The notes below the pieces were generated by a model that searched no databases, was not told where the DNA came from, and saw only the letters and a list, made by a program, of their open reading frames with translations. 64,000 nt of DNA from a candidate division WOR-3 bacterium UBA2258 (GTDB lineage Bacteria; Hydrothermota; Tepidihabitantia; Tepidihabitantales; Tepidihabitantaceae), in the NCBI GenBank assembly GCA_002347155.1, contig DDXO01000120.1, positions 17,709 through 81,708 on the forward strand. The letters are read 5' to 3'. A program made the translations under genes and the position numbers. Positions within the stretch are counted from its first letter, which is position 1. The number at the start of each line of letters is the position of its first letter. Positions 17,870 to 27,353 of the stretch are shown piece after piece.

Positions 17870-19639
17870 ATGCTGTTCCAGATGACCGAACGACAGAAAC
17901 GAACAGCGTTGTGCGTGGCTTTGGTCGCACTGCTCAACGCCACCGGGTTTGCCATCGGTCCGGTCCGGCCGGGCGCGAGCGGCCGACTCGACTCGCTCGG
18001 CCGCGCGGCCTTTCGGGCCCTCTGGGAGTTCCACCCCGTGGATGCCACCCGCTGCGGATTCCACGAGTTCGACGGCCGGCTCGGCAACTATTCGCCGGCG
18101 CGCACCGCAGCCTTGAAGACCGCCGTCAACCACCTCCTCGCGCAGCTCGATGTCCTCGACACGCTCTCGCTCTCGCTCGACGACCGTATCGACCGCGAGT
18201 TGCTCGTCTCCAACCTGAAGATGGAGCTTTTCTGGCTCGACCAGTTCAAGCTGCTCGAGCGCGACCCGCACTATTACTCGGATGAGTGCATCGGCGGCAT
18301 CTACTACGTGCTGCTGCGTGACTTCGCGCCGCTGCCCGTGCGGGCGCTGCGCGCGTGCGAGCGCCTGGAGGATGTGCCGCGCTTCATCAAGCAGGCCCGC
18401 GCCAACTGTCTGACAGGGAGCGCTGCGCTCAACGTGAAGAACCCGCCCCGCCTCTACGCCGAGGCGGCCATCGAGGGACTCGCGGACGCCGAGGGCTTCT
18501 TCAAGGAAAGCGCGGCCGAGCTGGGCAGGCAGGTTCCGGAGCTGGCCGCGCGGCTCGCCGCTGCCGCGGACAAGGCATCGAACTCGGCCCGTGCCTGGCG
18601 GGCCGGGCTCGAACTCGACCTGCCAAGGCTCAAGGACAGTTTTGCCCTGGGCAAAGAGAAGTTCGACTACCTGCTCGCGACCGACAAGTTCCTCGATTTC
18701 GATTCCGACTCGCTGCTGCGGATGGGCGAGAGCCTGTTTGCGCTCACCGACTCCGCGATGAAGGTTCTGCGCGCACAGGAAGCCGAGATGCTGAAGCGCC
18801 AACCGCGGGTGCCACAGGAGGACGACCCGGCGCCGGCCGGGTTCTCGAAGCAAAACGTACTCGCCGACGAGGAAGCTGAGGTAGACTCGATGCGGGCGTG
18901 GGTGGGGTGCAGCAACTTCGCCATAGTGCCGGAGTGGATCGGCCCACTGAAGGTAGTCGAGACACCGGCACTTCTCCGCCGCGTCATCCCCGGCATCGCC
19001 ATGGAGGGCGCAACACCGCTCGACAAAGACCAGACCGGCTACATGTATATCCCGCCGCTCCCGGACGACTTTGACACGGCGCTGGCCCGCCGATACTACA
19101 ACACCGGCCGCCGGCACGGCTATCGCGGCGGCATCGTCCACGAAGGTATTCCCGGCCACCACTTCCAGATCTCCATCGCCAACCACAACCCGTCCTTCAT
19201 CCGTCGGCTCCAGTTCAACACCTGCCTGATCGAAGGCTGGGCACTCTACTGTGAGCAGGAGGTGGTCGAGCAGGGACTCTATCCTCCCGACTCGTTTCCG
19301 GCCCTGCGCTGGCTCGGCGGCGTCCGGTTCCGCGCCGCCCGTATCATTGTCGACGCGAAGCTGCACACGGGAGCATTCAGTTATGACGACGCGTGGAGGT
19401 TCATGGTCGACAAGTGCTGGCCCGACACCGCCTTCTTCAAGGCCGAGGTGCGACGTTACTGCCTGTCGCCGAGCCAGCCGATGAGCTACCTCGTCGGCAA
19501 GACCCAGATTCTCGCGCTGCGCGACGAGTATCGCCGGAAGATGGGGGACCGGTTTTCGTTAGAGGACTTCCACGACCGGCTGCTGACCCAAGGGTCGATA
19601 CCGGTCAGCCTGATTCGCCGGAAGCTGCTGGCCGAATAA
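17870..19639 (+). CDS. DUF885 family protein (secreted)
   Basis: ~590 aa with the HEGIPGHHFQ motif characteristic of DUF885. N-terminus MTERQKRTALCVALVALLNATGFA is signal-like. Track start GTG 17825; ATG 17870/17882 are more likely. Confidence 0.65.
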   Translation: MLFQMTERQKRTALCVALVALLNATGFAIGPVRPGASGRLDSLGRAAFRALWEFHPVDATRCGFHEFDGRLGNYSPARTAALKTAVNHLLAQLDVLDTLSLSLDDRIDRELLVSNLKMELFWLDQFKLLERDPHYYSDECIGGIYYVLLRDFAPLPVRALRACERLEDVPRFIKQARANCLTGSAALNVKNPPRLYAEAAIEGLADAEGFFKESAAELGRQVPELAARLAAAADKASNSARAWRAGLELDLPRLKDSFALGKEKFDYLLATDKFLDFDSDSLLRMGESLFALTDSAMKVLRAQEAEMLKRQPRVPQEDDPAPAGFSKQNVLADEEAEVDSMRAWVGCSNFAIVPEWIGPLKVVETPALLRRVIPGIAMEGATPLDKDQTGYMYIPPLPDDFDTALARRYYNTGRRHGYRGGIVHEGIPGHHFQISIANHNPSFIRRLQFNTCLIEGWALYCEQEVVEQGLYPPDSFPALRWLGGVRFRAARIIVDAKLHTGAFSYDDAWRFMVDKCWPDTAFFKAEVRRYCLSPSQPMSYLVGKTQILALRDEYRRKMGDRFSLEDFHDRLLTQGSIPVSLIRRKLLAE

Positions 19640-19644
19640 GAAAA

Positions 19645-19752
19645 TGGGGACTGTACCGCGACGAGCAGGCGCCGGGGACACATCCGCGACGCGGTCCTCG
19701 CGTCGCTCCGTGGACGTGTCCCTCAAAGGACTGTCCCCATTTTCGGTCCGGC
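19645..19752. terminator. long imperfect inverted repeat between convergent genes (putative bidirectional terminator)
   Basis: aaaatggggactgt...(80 nt)...actgtccccatttt with an inner gggacacatcc/ggacgtgtccc pairing. Confidence 0.4.
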
Positions 19753-19776
19753 TCTGTGGGTGCGGAGGAGCTTGCC

Positions 19777-20622
19777 CTACTGCCGGTCCAGCTCGACAAA
19801 CTGCCACGACAATGAGTCGTGGGCGAACGTGAAGAGCAGGTAGCCGGGCTCGCCGTAGTCGAGCTGCTGCGCCATCGCGCCGCAGGTGAAGTGGTTGACC
19901 GAGTCAACCTGCATGTGCCGCCAGCCGTGGATGTGCCCGGCGCACCAGGCGAAGGCGCCGTACCGTACCAGCATACTCTGGACCTTCACTCGCTCCGCGC
20001 CGCTTGCCAGGCGCCACATCATCGGCTTCTCGCCGTCATAGACCGGGAAGTGTGTGCAGACAATCCTGGTGTACGCGCTGTCCTGCAGCTCCGATTCGAA
20101 CCAGTCGAACTGGGTGGGGCCGAGGGTGCCGTCCGCGGTGTCGAGGAATATCAACTTGATGCGGTCGGCAATGACAACCCGATAGCAGCTCGGCCCGTAG
20201 TTCTCCTTGAACCGTTCCCACCCGTCCCCCTGGTACAGGTCGTGGTTGCCGATGGTGGCATAGTAGGGTACGCCGACCCGTTCAAGCTGCAGCTTGATGC
20301 TGTCGACCTCATCGGGTGTCGCGTCATCGGTCAGGTCTCCGAGTACGCAGAAGAAGTCGATGTCGCGCCCGGCGACTTCCTGCCGGAAACGGTCGAGCCT
20401 GCTCCTGTAGTCACGGCCGATCTGCGGGTCGCCGAAGACGGCGAAACTGAATGAAGCCGGGTTGACGGCGACCGGGCCGGGTGTGGTCAACGAACCGCTC
20501 AGGCTTTCTTTGACCCGGTCTTCGACGGTCGGCCGGGTCGCGATTCCCCAGAGGTCCCAGTCGCAGGCGCAGAGCGCGAGCAGGACCGCGCTGCCGAGCA
20601 GGAGAATACGCCTAGAATTCAT
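19777..20622 (-). CDS. metallophosphoesterase (calcineurin-like), secreted
   Basis: FAVFGDPQIG, VLGDLTDD, GNHD, GHIHGW motifs, plus an N-terminal signal peptide. Confidence 0.85.
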   Translation of the reverse strand: MNSRRILLLGSAVLLALCACDWDLWGIATRPTVEDRVKESLSGSLTTPGPVAVNPASFSFAVFGDPQIGRDYRSRLDRFRQEVAGRDIDFFCVLGDLTDDATPDEVDSIKLQLERVGVPYYATIGNHDLYQGDGWERFKENYGPSCYRVVIADRIKLIFLDTADGTLGPTQFDWFESELQDSAYTRIVCTHFPVYDGEKPMMWRLASGAERVKVQSMLVRYGAFAWCAGHIHGWRHMQVDSVNHFTCGAMAQQLDYGEPGYLLFTFAHDSLSWQFVELDRQ

Positions 20623-21310
20623 ATCTCACCCCGGCGCTCAGCTCGACCTCGTGGAATGTCACGATCCCGCCCGAGAGGCCAACGATGGCCGTGCCGGCTC
20701 GGGCAAGCAGTTCGAGGTCTTCTTTCACCCGGTATGCCCCGTCGGCCTCAAGCGGGACCTGCTGCGGATTGTGGGCCGTGAACCGGTCATAGCTGGAAAA
20801 CCCGGCCCTGACCCACCAGTTCTCCCGTTGGACGAACTTCCACCGCAACCGGTACAGGTAGTTCCACTCGGATGCGCCGCCGCTCCAGACCAACGGCGAC
20901 CAATACCGGTCGCCGAAGACCGGGACGCGGTGCACCAGGCCCAGGCCGGCATCGAGTCCGTACACCGGGCCGGCTTCGAGCGTCGCAAGCACGCGGTTCT
21001 CGCCTGCCTGCCAGTCGTTCCACTGCTGGTGCTGGACGGCAAGCCGGAGCGCCAGCCCGAGGCGGTCGTGCGCCACTGCGCCGACGCCGAGCGCAGCCGC
21101 ACCGAGGCCGTTGTTCTGGAACAGGTTGAATGAGAACCCGGCATCAAGCCTCACATAGGGGAGCGGGGTGACATCGGCCTGCGCGGCGGCGAACATCTTC
21201 GATTCCACACCCGGCTCGCCCCGATAGCCGAGCGTGAAGGACGGCAAGATTGCCGCGCGACCGGCCGCGGCGAGCAGAATCAGCAGGAGTGCCTGGGCTT
21301 TCAGCGGCAA
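20612..21310 (-). CDS. putative outer-membrane beta-barrel protein
   Basis: Signal peptide MPLKAQALLLILLAAAGRA, alternating hydrophobic pattern, C-terminal ...GVRYEF (terminal Phe). Confidence 0.5.
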   Translation of the reverse strand: MPLKAQALLLILLAAAGRAAILPSFTLGYRGEPGVESKMFAAAQADVTPLPYVRLDAGFSFNLFQNNGLGAAALGVGAVAHDRLGLALRLAVQHQQWNDWQAGENRVLATLEAGPVYGLDAGLGLVHRVPVFGDRYWSPLVWSGGASEWNYLYRLRWKFVQRENWWVRAGFSSYDRFTAHNPQQVPLEADGAYRVKEDLELLARAGTAIVGLSGGIVTFHEVELSAGVRYEF

Positions 21311-21355
21311 CGGGAAAAGATACGCGAACGAGCGGGCGAAATCAACGAATCCAAC

Positions 21356-21889
21356 TCAGACCTGTCCCTCGCCGATGTCAAGCAGGACGGAGAGCGTCAC
21401 TCCGCGCCGGGCGAGGTCGGCCTCCCAGACGACCTTGAGACGGTAGCCGCGAGCGGCCGCAAGGAGCTTCTTATCGACGTCGTGCAACCGGTTCCGGCGC
21501 TGGTTCGGTGTGAGGACCCGACCCTCGTAGACGCGCGGGTCGGCGTGCCAGTAAGTCCCGTGGACTTCCACAAGCAGCCGGTCGGGAAGAAGGAAGTCGT
21601 ACGCGTACGGCCCCAGCGGGAACTGCCAGCGATACTCGACCCCGGCCGCATCGAGCAGCTTCGCGAACTTCGCCTCGAGCTTGTTGTAGGAACGGCACGG
21701 GTAGCCCGTAGCCGCCTGCGCAGCGGCCGTCCGGCGATGGCGCCACCAGGCCGCGGCCTGTTCGACGCGCCGCCGCCGTTCACGCCGCTGCCGCGCGATG
21801 TCGTCCGAGTCAGGGGAAGGAGAGGTCAAAGAAGCGGGGTCAGGGAGCGGGGGCCGGGGATCCGGCTTCCAGTCCGAACTCCCGGCCAT
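21356..21889 (-). CDS. DUF559 (Vsr-like) endonuclease domain protein
   Basis: ...YAYDFLLPDRLLVEVHGTYWH...RGYRLKVVWEADL matches the DUF559/very-short-patch-repair-like signature. The N-terminus is Arg-rich. Confidence 0.7.
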   Translation of the reverse strand: MAGSSDWKPDPRPPLPDPASLTSPSPDSDDIARQRRERRRRVEQAAAWWRHRRTAAAQAATGYPCRSYNKLEAKFAKLLDAAGVEYRWQFPLGPYAYDFLLPDRLLVEVHGTYWHADPRVYEGRVLTPNQRRNRLHDVDKKLLAAARGYRLKVVWEADLARRGVTLSVLLDIGEGQV

Positions 21890-21939
21890 GGGATTCTGGT
21901 GTCTGGATTCTGAACTCTGACTTCTGGTCTATCCGGCTC

Positions 21940-22701
21940 CTACCAGACGACCTTGCCCCAGTTCTGCTGCTTCAGGCTTTCGGCAGCGGCCTCCGAGATC
22001 GCAATCTTCTCGTGCTTCATCAGGTCATCGGAGACCAGGTTCTCGAAGTTGGCAGGGTCGCGAAGCGGGGCGTTGGGCAGCGTGTCTTTGAAATACCGAA
22101 ACACGGTTTCCATGTTGGCGGCGGTTCGCTGGTGCGGACTGTGGTGCAGCGCATCCATGACGGCCAGCTCGAGGCAGAAGGAGGGCAGGCGCAGGTTACG
22201 CAGATTGCGCCAGATCTTCGTCAGCCGGATTTCATCGATGAAGCCCGATTCCTGCACCACCCGCAGGTGGGTATCGAAATTGGTGCGCGTCACCCGCTGG
22301 TGCTCGGTCTCAAAGATCCTGTGGTCGTTCGTTCCACCCAACTCCTGGCGGGCGGGTATCAAATGGACTTCGAGGCCGTGATACTGCAGGCCGATTGAGA
22401 CATTCAGGCGGGTCGGCTTGTAGCCCTTCTTCTTCAGGAAGTCGAAGAACCGGTCGTAGAGCTTGTCTGCGTCCAAGGGCGTGCGGGGCCCGAGCGACAC
22501 CAGGACGTCGATGTCGGTCGCGCCCCTGACTCGAGTCCCCTTCGCATACGACCCGCAGTGACTGGCTCCCTGCAGGAATCGCCCGCCCCATTCGATGAGC
22601 GGGCTCCTCAGTTCTGCGGCGGCGATCTCGGCCGGTGAACCTTCGCCGCCCGGCAGGTCGTACCTCGTCAGAATCGAACGGACATACTCATCCGGAACCA
22701 T
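21940..22701 (-). CDS. nucleotidyltransferase (Pol-beta superfamily; GS-x9-DxD) with C-terminal helical domain
   Basis: GSYAKGTRVRGATDIDVLV is the classic NTase fold motif. It is 253 aa, larger than minimal MNT-type NTases. Confidence 0.65.
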   Translation of the reverse strand: MVPDEYVRSILTRYDLPGGEGSPAEIAAAELRSPLIEWGGRFLQGASHCGSYAKGTRVRGATDIDVLVSLGPRTPLDADKLYDRFFDFLKKKGYKPTRLNVSIGLQYHGLEVHLIPARQELGGTNDHRIFETEHQRVTRTNFDTHLRVVQESGFIDEIRLTKIWRNLRNLRLPSFCLELAVMDALHHSPHQRTAANMETVFRYFKDTLPNAPLRDPANFENLVSDDLMKHEKIAISEAAAESLKQQNWGKVVW

Positions 22702-23129
22702 CGTACCTCCTCCGGCGCCGCCCGCGGCGGGAAAGCTACAAAACTACCCTACTGCCCCCCGGTCTAGCTGCCTCTACGGGGGTAGCAAAGGATATGCCGC
22801 CTCGGCCGGCTGTCAACAAAGTCGCAGCGCGGAATAGCGCGGAATCCGACCGCGCGGTTACGGTACCGATACTGGAGCCACAAGAGCACATCGTTGATGA
22901 AGCACGAATTCCGAAGTCCGCACTGCCCGACCGGGGCCACTGAGGTCAAGCTCGAATGCACCACGATCCCGAATTGCGCCTCGGGCTTCGGGCTTGAATC
23001 GTCACTCTGGTTTCGGACTTCGAGCTTGAACCTCGCTCCACTCGTGGCCGTCTACGTCGGATTCATGGCGGCCACGTTCCTTTGACTTCGCCAATCTTCA
23101 ACCTACAATCTGCAATCTGGAATGGCTCG

Positions 23130-23202
23130 GGCCGTTAGCTCAGTTGGAAGAGCACCTGATTTTTAATCCGGTGGCCGCAGGTTCGAATCCTGCACGGCCC
23201 AT
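23130..23202 (+). tRNA. tRNA-Lys (anticodon UUU)
   Basis: I folded it by hand. Acceptor GGGCCGT/ACGGCCC. D-arm GCTC-AGTTGGAA-GAGC. Anticodon arm CCTGA-TTTTTAA-TCCGG (one U.C mismatch), anticodon TTT. T-arm GCAGG-TTCGAAT-CCTGC. Discriminator A, no encoded CCA. Confidence 0.8.
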
Positions 23203-23280
23203 TCACGTGAAACAATAGGTCCAGGATTCGTGCGGCCCCTCGCGGGGCCGATAGCGCCTCCTGCACGGCCCGGTTCGCGA

Positions 23281-24552
23281 CTATGGCGTACGGGATTCGT
23301 GCGGGTGGGGTCGGGAACGCTCGCGCCTGTCGGCAGCTCGCCGGTCCGAAGCCGCCCTGAGTTGTGCGTTTTTCGTCGCCACGGTAGGCCGAACCCCGAC
23401 GCGCAGCCGGTCGAATCTGGAATACCGAACCTGTGGTGCAAAACCTCTCTGTCGCGGAGTTGCTCTGCCTTCGTCACCTGTGCGCTGATCGCGTGTTTCG
23501 TCTGGCTGGGCAATCCGCGCGCGCGCTTCCTGAGTCCTCACCACGGTCAGGTGTCCCAGACAGACAAGTAGTTGGAGGATGACGATGGCAGTCCTGCCGG
23601 CCGGGCCGACACGCAGATAGAATAGCGCCAGCGCCAACGAAACAAGGCCCAGACCGACATAAAAAAGCGTGACCCGCAGGTGGCTCCAGCCAGCCTGCAG
23701 GAGTCTCTCGTAGAGGTGTGTGCGGTGAGCCTGCCAGAACTTCTCGCCACGGAAGATGCGTCGCAGCAGCGTGTAGCTTGTATCGAACAGGAAGCTGCTG
23801 TAGAGAATGATGAAAAACACCATCGGTACCGACTGCCTGCCGGGCGCGGCCAGCCGGATTGCCAGCACCGACAGCACAAACCCTATTGTGAGACTGCCGA
23901 CGCCACCCATGAACACCTGGGCCGGAGGGAAGTTGTACCACAGGAACCCGAGGCAGGCCGCGGTAACGGCCACTGCAATCACGCCCTCGTACGGATGACC
24001 CGTGGCAAAGGCCGCCGCAGCGACGCCTGCGGAGTACACGACAGCCAGACTGTTCGCCAGCCCATCAGCGCCGTCGATGAAGTTGAAGAAATTCACCAGA
24101 CCCGTAATCCAGAGCACTGTCAGAGGAACTGCGGCCCACAGAAGCACGACACCGGACCCCCAAGGCAGTGAGAACTCCTGCAACACCATGCCTGCGCCAA
24201 CGACCAGCATGGCGGCTCCGGCCTGTAGGAGCAGTCGCAAGTAGGTGGGCGGGTTGCGGAAGTCGTCCCAAAGACCGACGGCTGCGACAAGCGCCGTGGC
24301 GACGGCGAAGAGGATGAGAGCCCCGCGTGGCTCCCCCTGGCTGCGCGCGCCAAGCATCAGAAGCAGGGCCAGGAAGAGCGATAGCGCAAGCCCGACACCG
24401 CCAGACGTCGCCGTTGGAATGTCGTGAGAACTGCGGCAATTGGGAACATCTATCGGTGCACCTCTGCCTACTCTCCCCAGAACAAGACGCGCACCTACGG
24501 TAGACACCGCAAGCGAAAACAAGCTCAGAACCAGTACTTTCAGTTCAAACAC
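23281..24552 (-). CDS. polyprenyl-phosphate sugar-1-phosphate transferase (glycosyltransferase family 4; WecA/MraY-like)
   Basis: Multi-TM protein with NFFNFIDGADGL (MraY/WecA signature). Confidence 0.85.
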   Translation of the reverse strand: MFELKVLVLSLFSLAVSTVGARLVLGRVGRGAPIDVPNCRSSHDIPTATSGGVGLALSLFLALLLMLGARSQGEPRGALILFAVATALVAAVGLWDDFRNPPTYLRLLLQAGAAMLVVGAGMVLQEFSLPWGSGVVLLWAAVPLTVLWITGLVNFFNFIDGADGLANSLAVVYSAGVAAAAFATGHPYEGVIAVAVTAACLGFLWYNFPPAQVFMGGVGSLTIGFVLSVLAIRLAAPGRQSVPMVFFIILYSSFLFDTSYTLLRRIFRGEKFWQAHRTHLYERLLQAGWSHLRVTLFYVGLGLVSLALALFYLRVGPAGRTAIVILQLLVCLGHLTVVRTQEARARIAQPDETRDQRTGDEGRATPRQRGFAPQVRYSRFDRLRVGVRPTVATKNAQLRAASDRRAADRRERSRPHPHESRTP

Positions 24553-25928
24553 TGCGTAACTGTCTCAATCCAGATCGGTTCCTGCACACGCGCCTCCCTT
24601 TCAGGGAGTCGAGCGCGACGCGGCAGACCGAACTCGGTGATCTGCTGGTGGCCTCCATATTTGATTTCCTAAGTGCCACGCCGAGCATGCCCTCGCCCGG
24701 CTGCTTCGACGTGACCCGAGAGCGCCCCGGATCAGCTTTCCCCTCCCTCGTCAAATTGATGCAGGGAGAAAAAGAAAAGACCCCGGCGGTTAGATACGTG
24801 CACATTCCGTTCCACAGACGGTGTTGGAGGGCGTCGATGTATCACCCCCAGGCTATGTGAGTTGCCCGACACGAGCGTGCCGCCGCCGCCGTTGGAATCA
24901 CAGCCGCCACCTCGCTTTGCCGCGATTCACGGCAGCGGCTGCCGCAGACTGCGAAGGCAGCGCGTGGCGAGAACAGCGGGTGGCACCCAGCGCCAACCGA
25001 GCTGTGACGTCTCCCTGCTTCTGCTGCTGGCCGTCGGGATGGCTGCGCCGCGCCATGGGTTGCTTTGAAGACTTAGCACTCCCGTAGGCAGAGAGCCCGC
25101 CTTAAGGCGAGGACACCGAATGACAGGCTCCGCTTGGGTAGCGCAATTCGAATGCAGACAGTCCTCGAGACACACCGATGCGCACCCACGCGTCGGCGCT
25201 GCCGCTCGTGCGTTGCAGGACCGGCGCGATGCAAACGCCCACTGGCGCCACTGTACCCCGTGCCTGCGCGAAGCAGTGCGCCTGACGGACACGGGACGGA
25301 CCGTAACCACGGGTCGAGGCGACGCGGTCTTGGCGGTTCTTCAGCGCACGCTCCTGCCACGTCCAGCATCGCAGGACCCATGGTCTGATTATGCAGGAAC
25401 TGAGCGAAGGATGAGAACGAGGGGGTGCTCCGCTCTCGTCTCCCCTGCTCATGGCAGCGGCGCCTTTGCGCTTCCCCCCGAGAGGCGGTGTTTTTCCTTG
25501 CCTGAGCCACTCTCGTCCGGTATATTCCAAGGGACTTGGAGTCTATCGTCGTCGGTTGGTGCTGGAATCGCGGACACGGGACGCTGCCTGTCCCGAGGCC
25601 GGCAGTGCTGCTTTCTAGAGAAGGACAGGTGCAGACCGCTGCCAGAATCTGCGGCAACAGCGCCGGGAAAACCGGCTGCTATCCCTTCCGTCCGGTTCTC
25701 TCCGAGGCCAAGTCACATAGCCACAACATGATACGACAACCAGGGCCCCTCAAAGATGGAACGGAAGGTGCACACTATGATAGCTTATGGCTGTGCGCAC
25801 TTCCTCCGCCTCGCTGCCTGTCGGGCAACTGGTTGGAGTCGTATTTGGACGCCCGCCCGCAGCTTGTGCGGCCCGAGGTCGGCACGCGACCGACACCGGA
25901 CGGCTCGACGCTGGCTGCCTGACACGAC

Positions 25929-26231
25929 ATGACTCTACCTGACATACCGATACCCAATCCTGCGGCAGTTCAGGAAGTGGGGGCTGACGGCTGGACCCTG
26001 CTGGTGAACCCGGACACCACCGGTGCGATGGCCGTGAACCAGACCGGGGCCCTTGTCTGGAAGCTGGTAGATGGCCGGCGTACGGCCGATGAGATTATTG
26101 CCGCGGTCCGAAGCCGCTTTCCGGATGCGCCGGACAACGTGGCTGAAGACGTGCGGGCACTTCTGACCAAGCTGGCCGACGAAGGGTTCGTCGGCCGGGA
26201 GATACCGCTTAAGGGGACACCTCATGAGTGA
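25929..26231 (+). CDS. PqqD-family peptide chaperone (RRE), type A, copy 1
   Basis: ...GWTLLVNPDTTGAMAVNQTGALVWKLVDGRRTADEIIAAVRSRFPDAPDNVAEDVRALLTKLADEGFV is the PqqD/RRE pattern. ~70% identical to 26498-26827. Confidence 0.8.
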   Translation: MTLPDIPIPNPAAVQEVGADGWTLLVNPDTTGAMAVNQTGALVWKLVDGRRTADEIIAAVRSRFPDAPDNVAEDVRALLTKLADEGFVGREIPLKGTPHE

Positions 26232-26508
26232 GAAGACCTATCGAGCAAACGAAGTCGTTTCTTGCGTTGACGAGGGCGAAGATGGGGCCATGCTCTATAA
26301 CCCGGACAAGGACGACACGGTCATCCTGAATCCCTCCGGCCGCAGCATCTGGGCCCTGCTGTCCGCCCCCCGAACTATTGACGAGATTGCAGGTCATCTC
26401 GTATCCGCCTATCCGAGCATCACGCGAGAGCAGGCACGGAAGGACGCGGAGCAGTTCCTAGAGTCTCTTGTCCCCGATTTCGCAACTCCCTCAACCGATG
26501 AGCACTGA
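26224..26508 (+). CDS. PqqD-family peptide chaperone, type B, copy 1
   Basis: ...AMLYNPDKDDTVILNPSGRSIWALLSAPRTIDEIAGHLVSAYPSITREQARKDAEQFLESL. Paralogue of 27060-27353. Overlaps its neighbours by 8 and 11 nt. Confidence 0.75.
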   Translation: MSEKTYRANEVVSCVDEGEDGAMLYNPDKDDTVILNPSGRSIWALLSAPRTIDEIAGHLVSAYPSITREQARKDAEQFLESLVPDFATPSTDEH

Positions 26509-26827
26509 GCCACTGCCAATCCCCGACCTGACCCTGCCCGACCCGCCGATGCCGAATCCATCCGCCGTCCGCGACGACGGGGAAGACGGCTGGACGCTCC
26601 TGGTGAATCCCGACACCGCCGGTGCAATGGCTGTGAATGCGACCGGCGTGCTCGTCTGGAGCCTCGTAGACGGCAAGCGTACTATCGAACAGATTGTTAC
26701 CGCGGTGAAGGACCGGTTTCCGGATGCGCCGGACACGGTGAGAGACGACGTGCTCGCATACCTGACGAAACTGACCGAGGAAGGCTTCATTGGTCAGGAA
26801 ATACCATTTCTAGACACGAATCGCTAG
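26498..26827 (+). CDS. PqqD-family peptide chaperone, type A, copy 2
   Basis: ATG 26498 overlaps the upstream stop (ATGAGCACTGA). GWTLLVNPDTAGAMAVNATGVLVWSLVDGKRTIEQIVTAVKDRFPDAPDTV... Confidence 0.8.
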   Translation: MSTEPLPIPDLTLPDPPMPNPSAVRDDGEDGWTLLVNPDTAGAMAVNATGVLVWSLVDGKRTIEQIVTAVKDRFPDAPDTVRDDVLAYLTKLTEEGFIGQEIPFLDTNR

Positions 26828-27059
26828 GAGCGCCGGGAGGCCATGGGAAGAGGGAAGAGGTGACATTGAGACCTTCCGCTGTCGGCGTACTCCGTGGTTT
26901 ACTAATGAGAGCAGGAAATGTTTGTCATTCTGAGGCGTTCGACGCCGAAGAATCTGACAACAAGCGAAGGGCTCAGGGTGACAGGGTATAGGGATACTGA
27001 GAGTGACATCAAGAACTGTCCAGTGTTTCATGCTCTCCGTAATATAAGGAGCTAGACCA

Positions 27060-27353
27060 ATGAACAAGACTACATATCGAGTGAACGAAGTCGTGTCCTG
27101 CGCCGACGAGGACGAAGACGGAGCGATGCTCTACAATCCGGACAAGGATGAAACGGTGTTGCTGAATCCCACCGGCCGCAGCATCTGGGCTCTGCTTGGT
27201 GCCCCTCGGACCCTCGACGAGGTCGCCGACCACCTGACGGCTACCTATCCGGGCGTGACAAGTGAACAGGCTCTGCAGGATGCCGACAAGTTCATCCAAT
27301 CGCTGCTGCCGGATTTCGTACTATCCGAAGGTGGGGACGCTGATGCCCGCTAA
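27060..27353 (+). CDS. PqqD-family peptide chaperone, type B, copy 2
   Basis: MNKTTYRVNEVVSCADEDEDGAMLYNPDKDETVLLNPTGRSIWALLGAPRTLDEVADHLTATYPGVT... RBS AAGGAG. Confidence 0.75.
   Translation: MNKTTYRVNEVVSCADEDEDGAMLYNPDKDETVLLNPTGRSIWALLGAPRTLDEVADHLTATYPGVTSEQALQDADKFIQSLLPDFVLSEGGDADAR

Noticed and set aside
17804-19366. 520-aa minus-strand ORF
   Set aside because: Antisense to the DUF885 gene (HEGIPGHH motif on the plus strand). No motif or RBS support.
23130-23202. Alternative anticodon-arm registers for the tRNA
   Set aside because: Only the register giving stem CCTGA/TCCGG with loop TTTTTAA keeps U33 and A37 and a 7-nt loop. Other registers give 9-nt loops or more mismatches.
24553-25928. 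ORFs predicted in the 1.4-kb gap (24927-25310, 25073-25657, 25120-25731 and others)
   Set aside because: They overlap each other on both strands and are Arg/Ala/Pro-rich with no RBS or motifs. The region is treated as non-coding.
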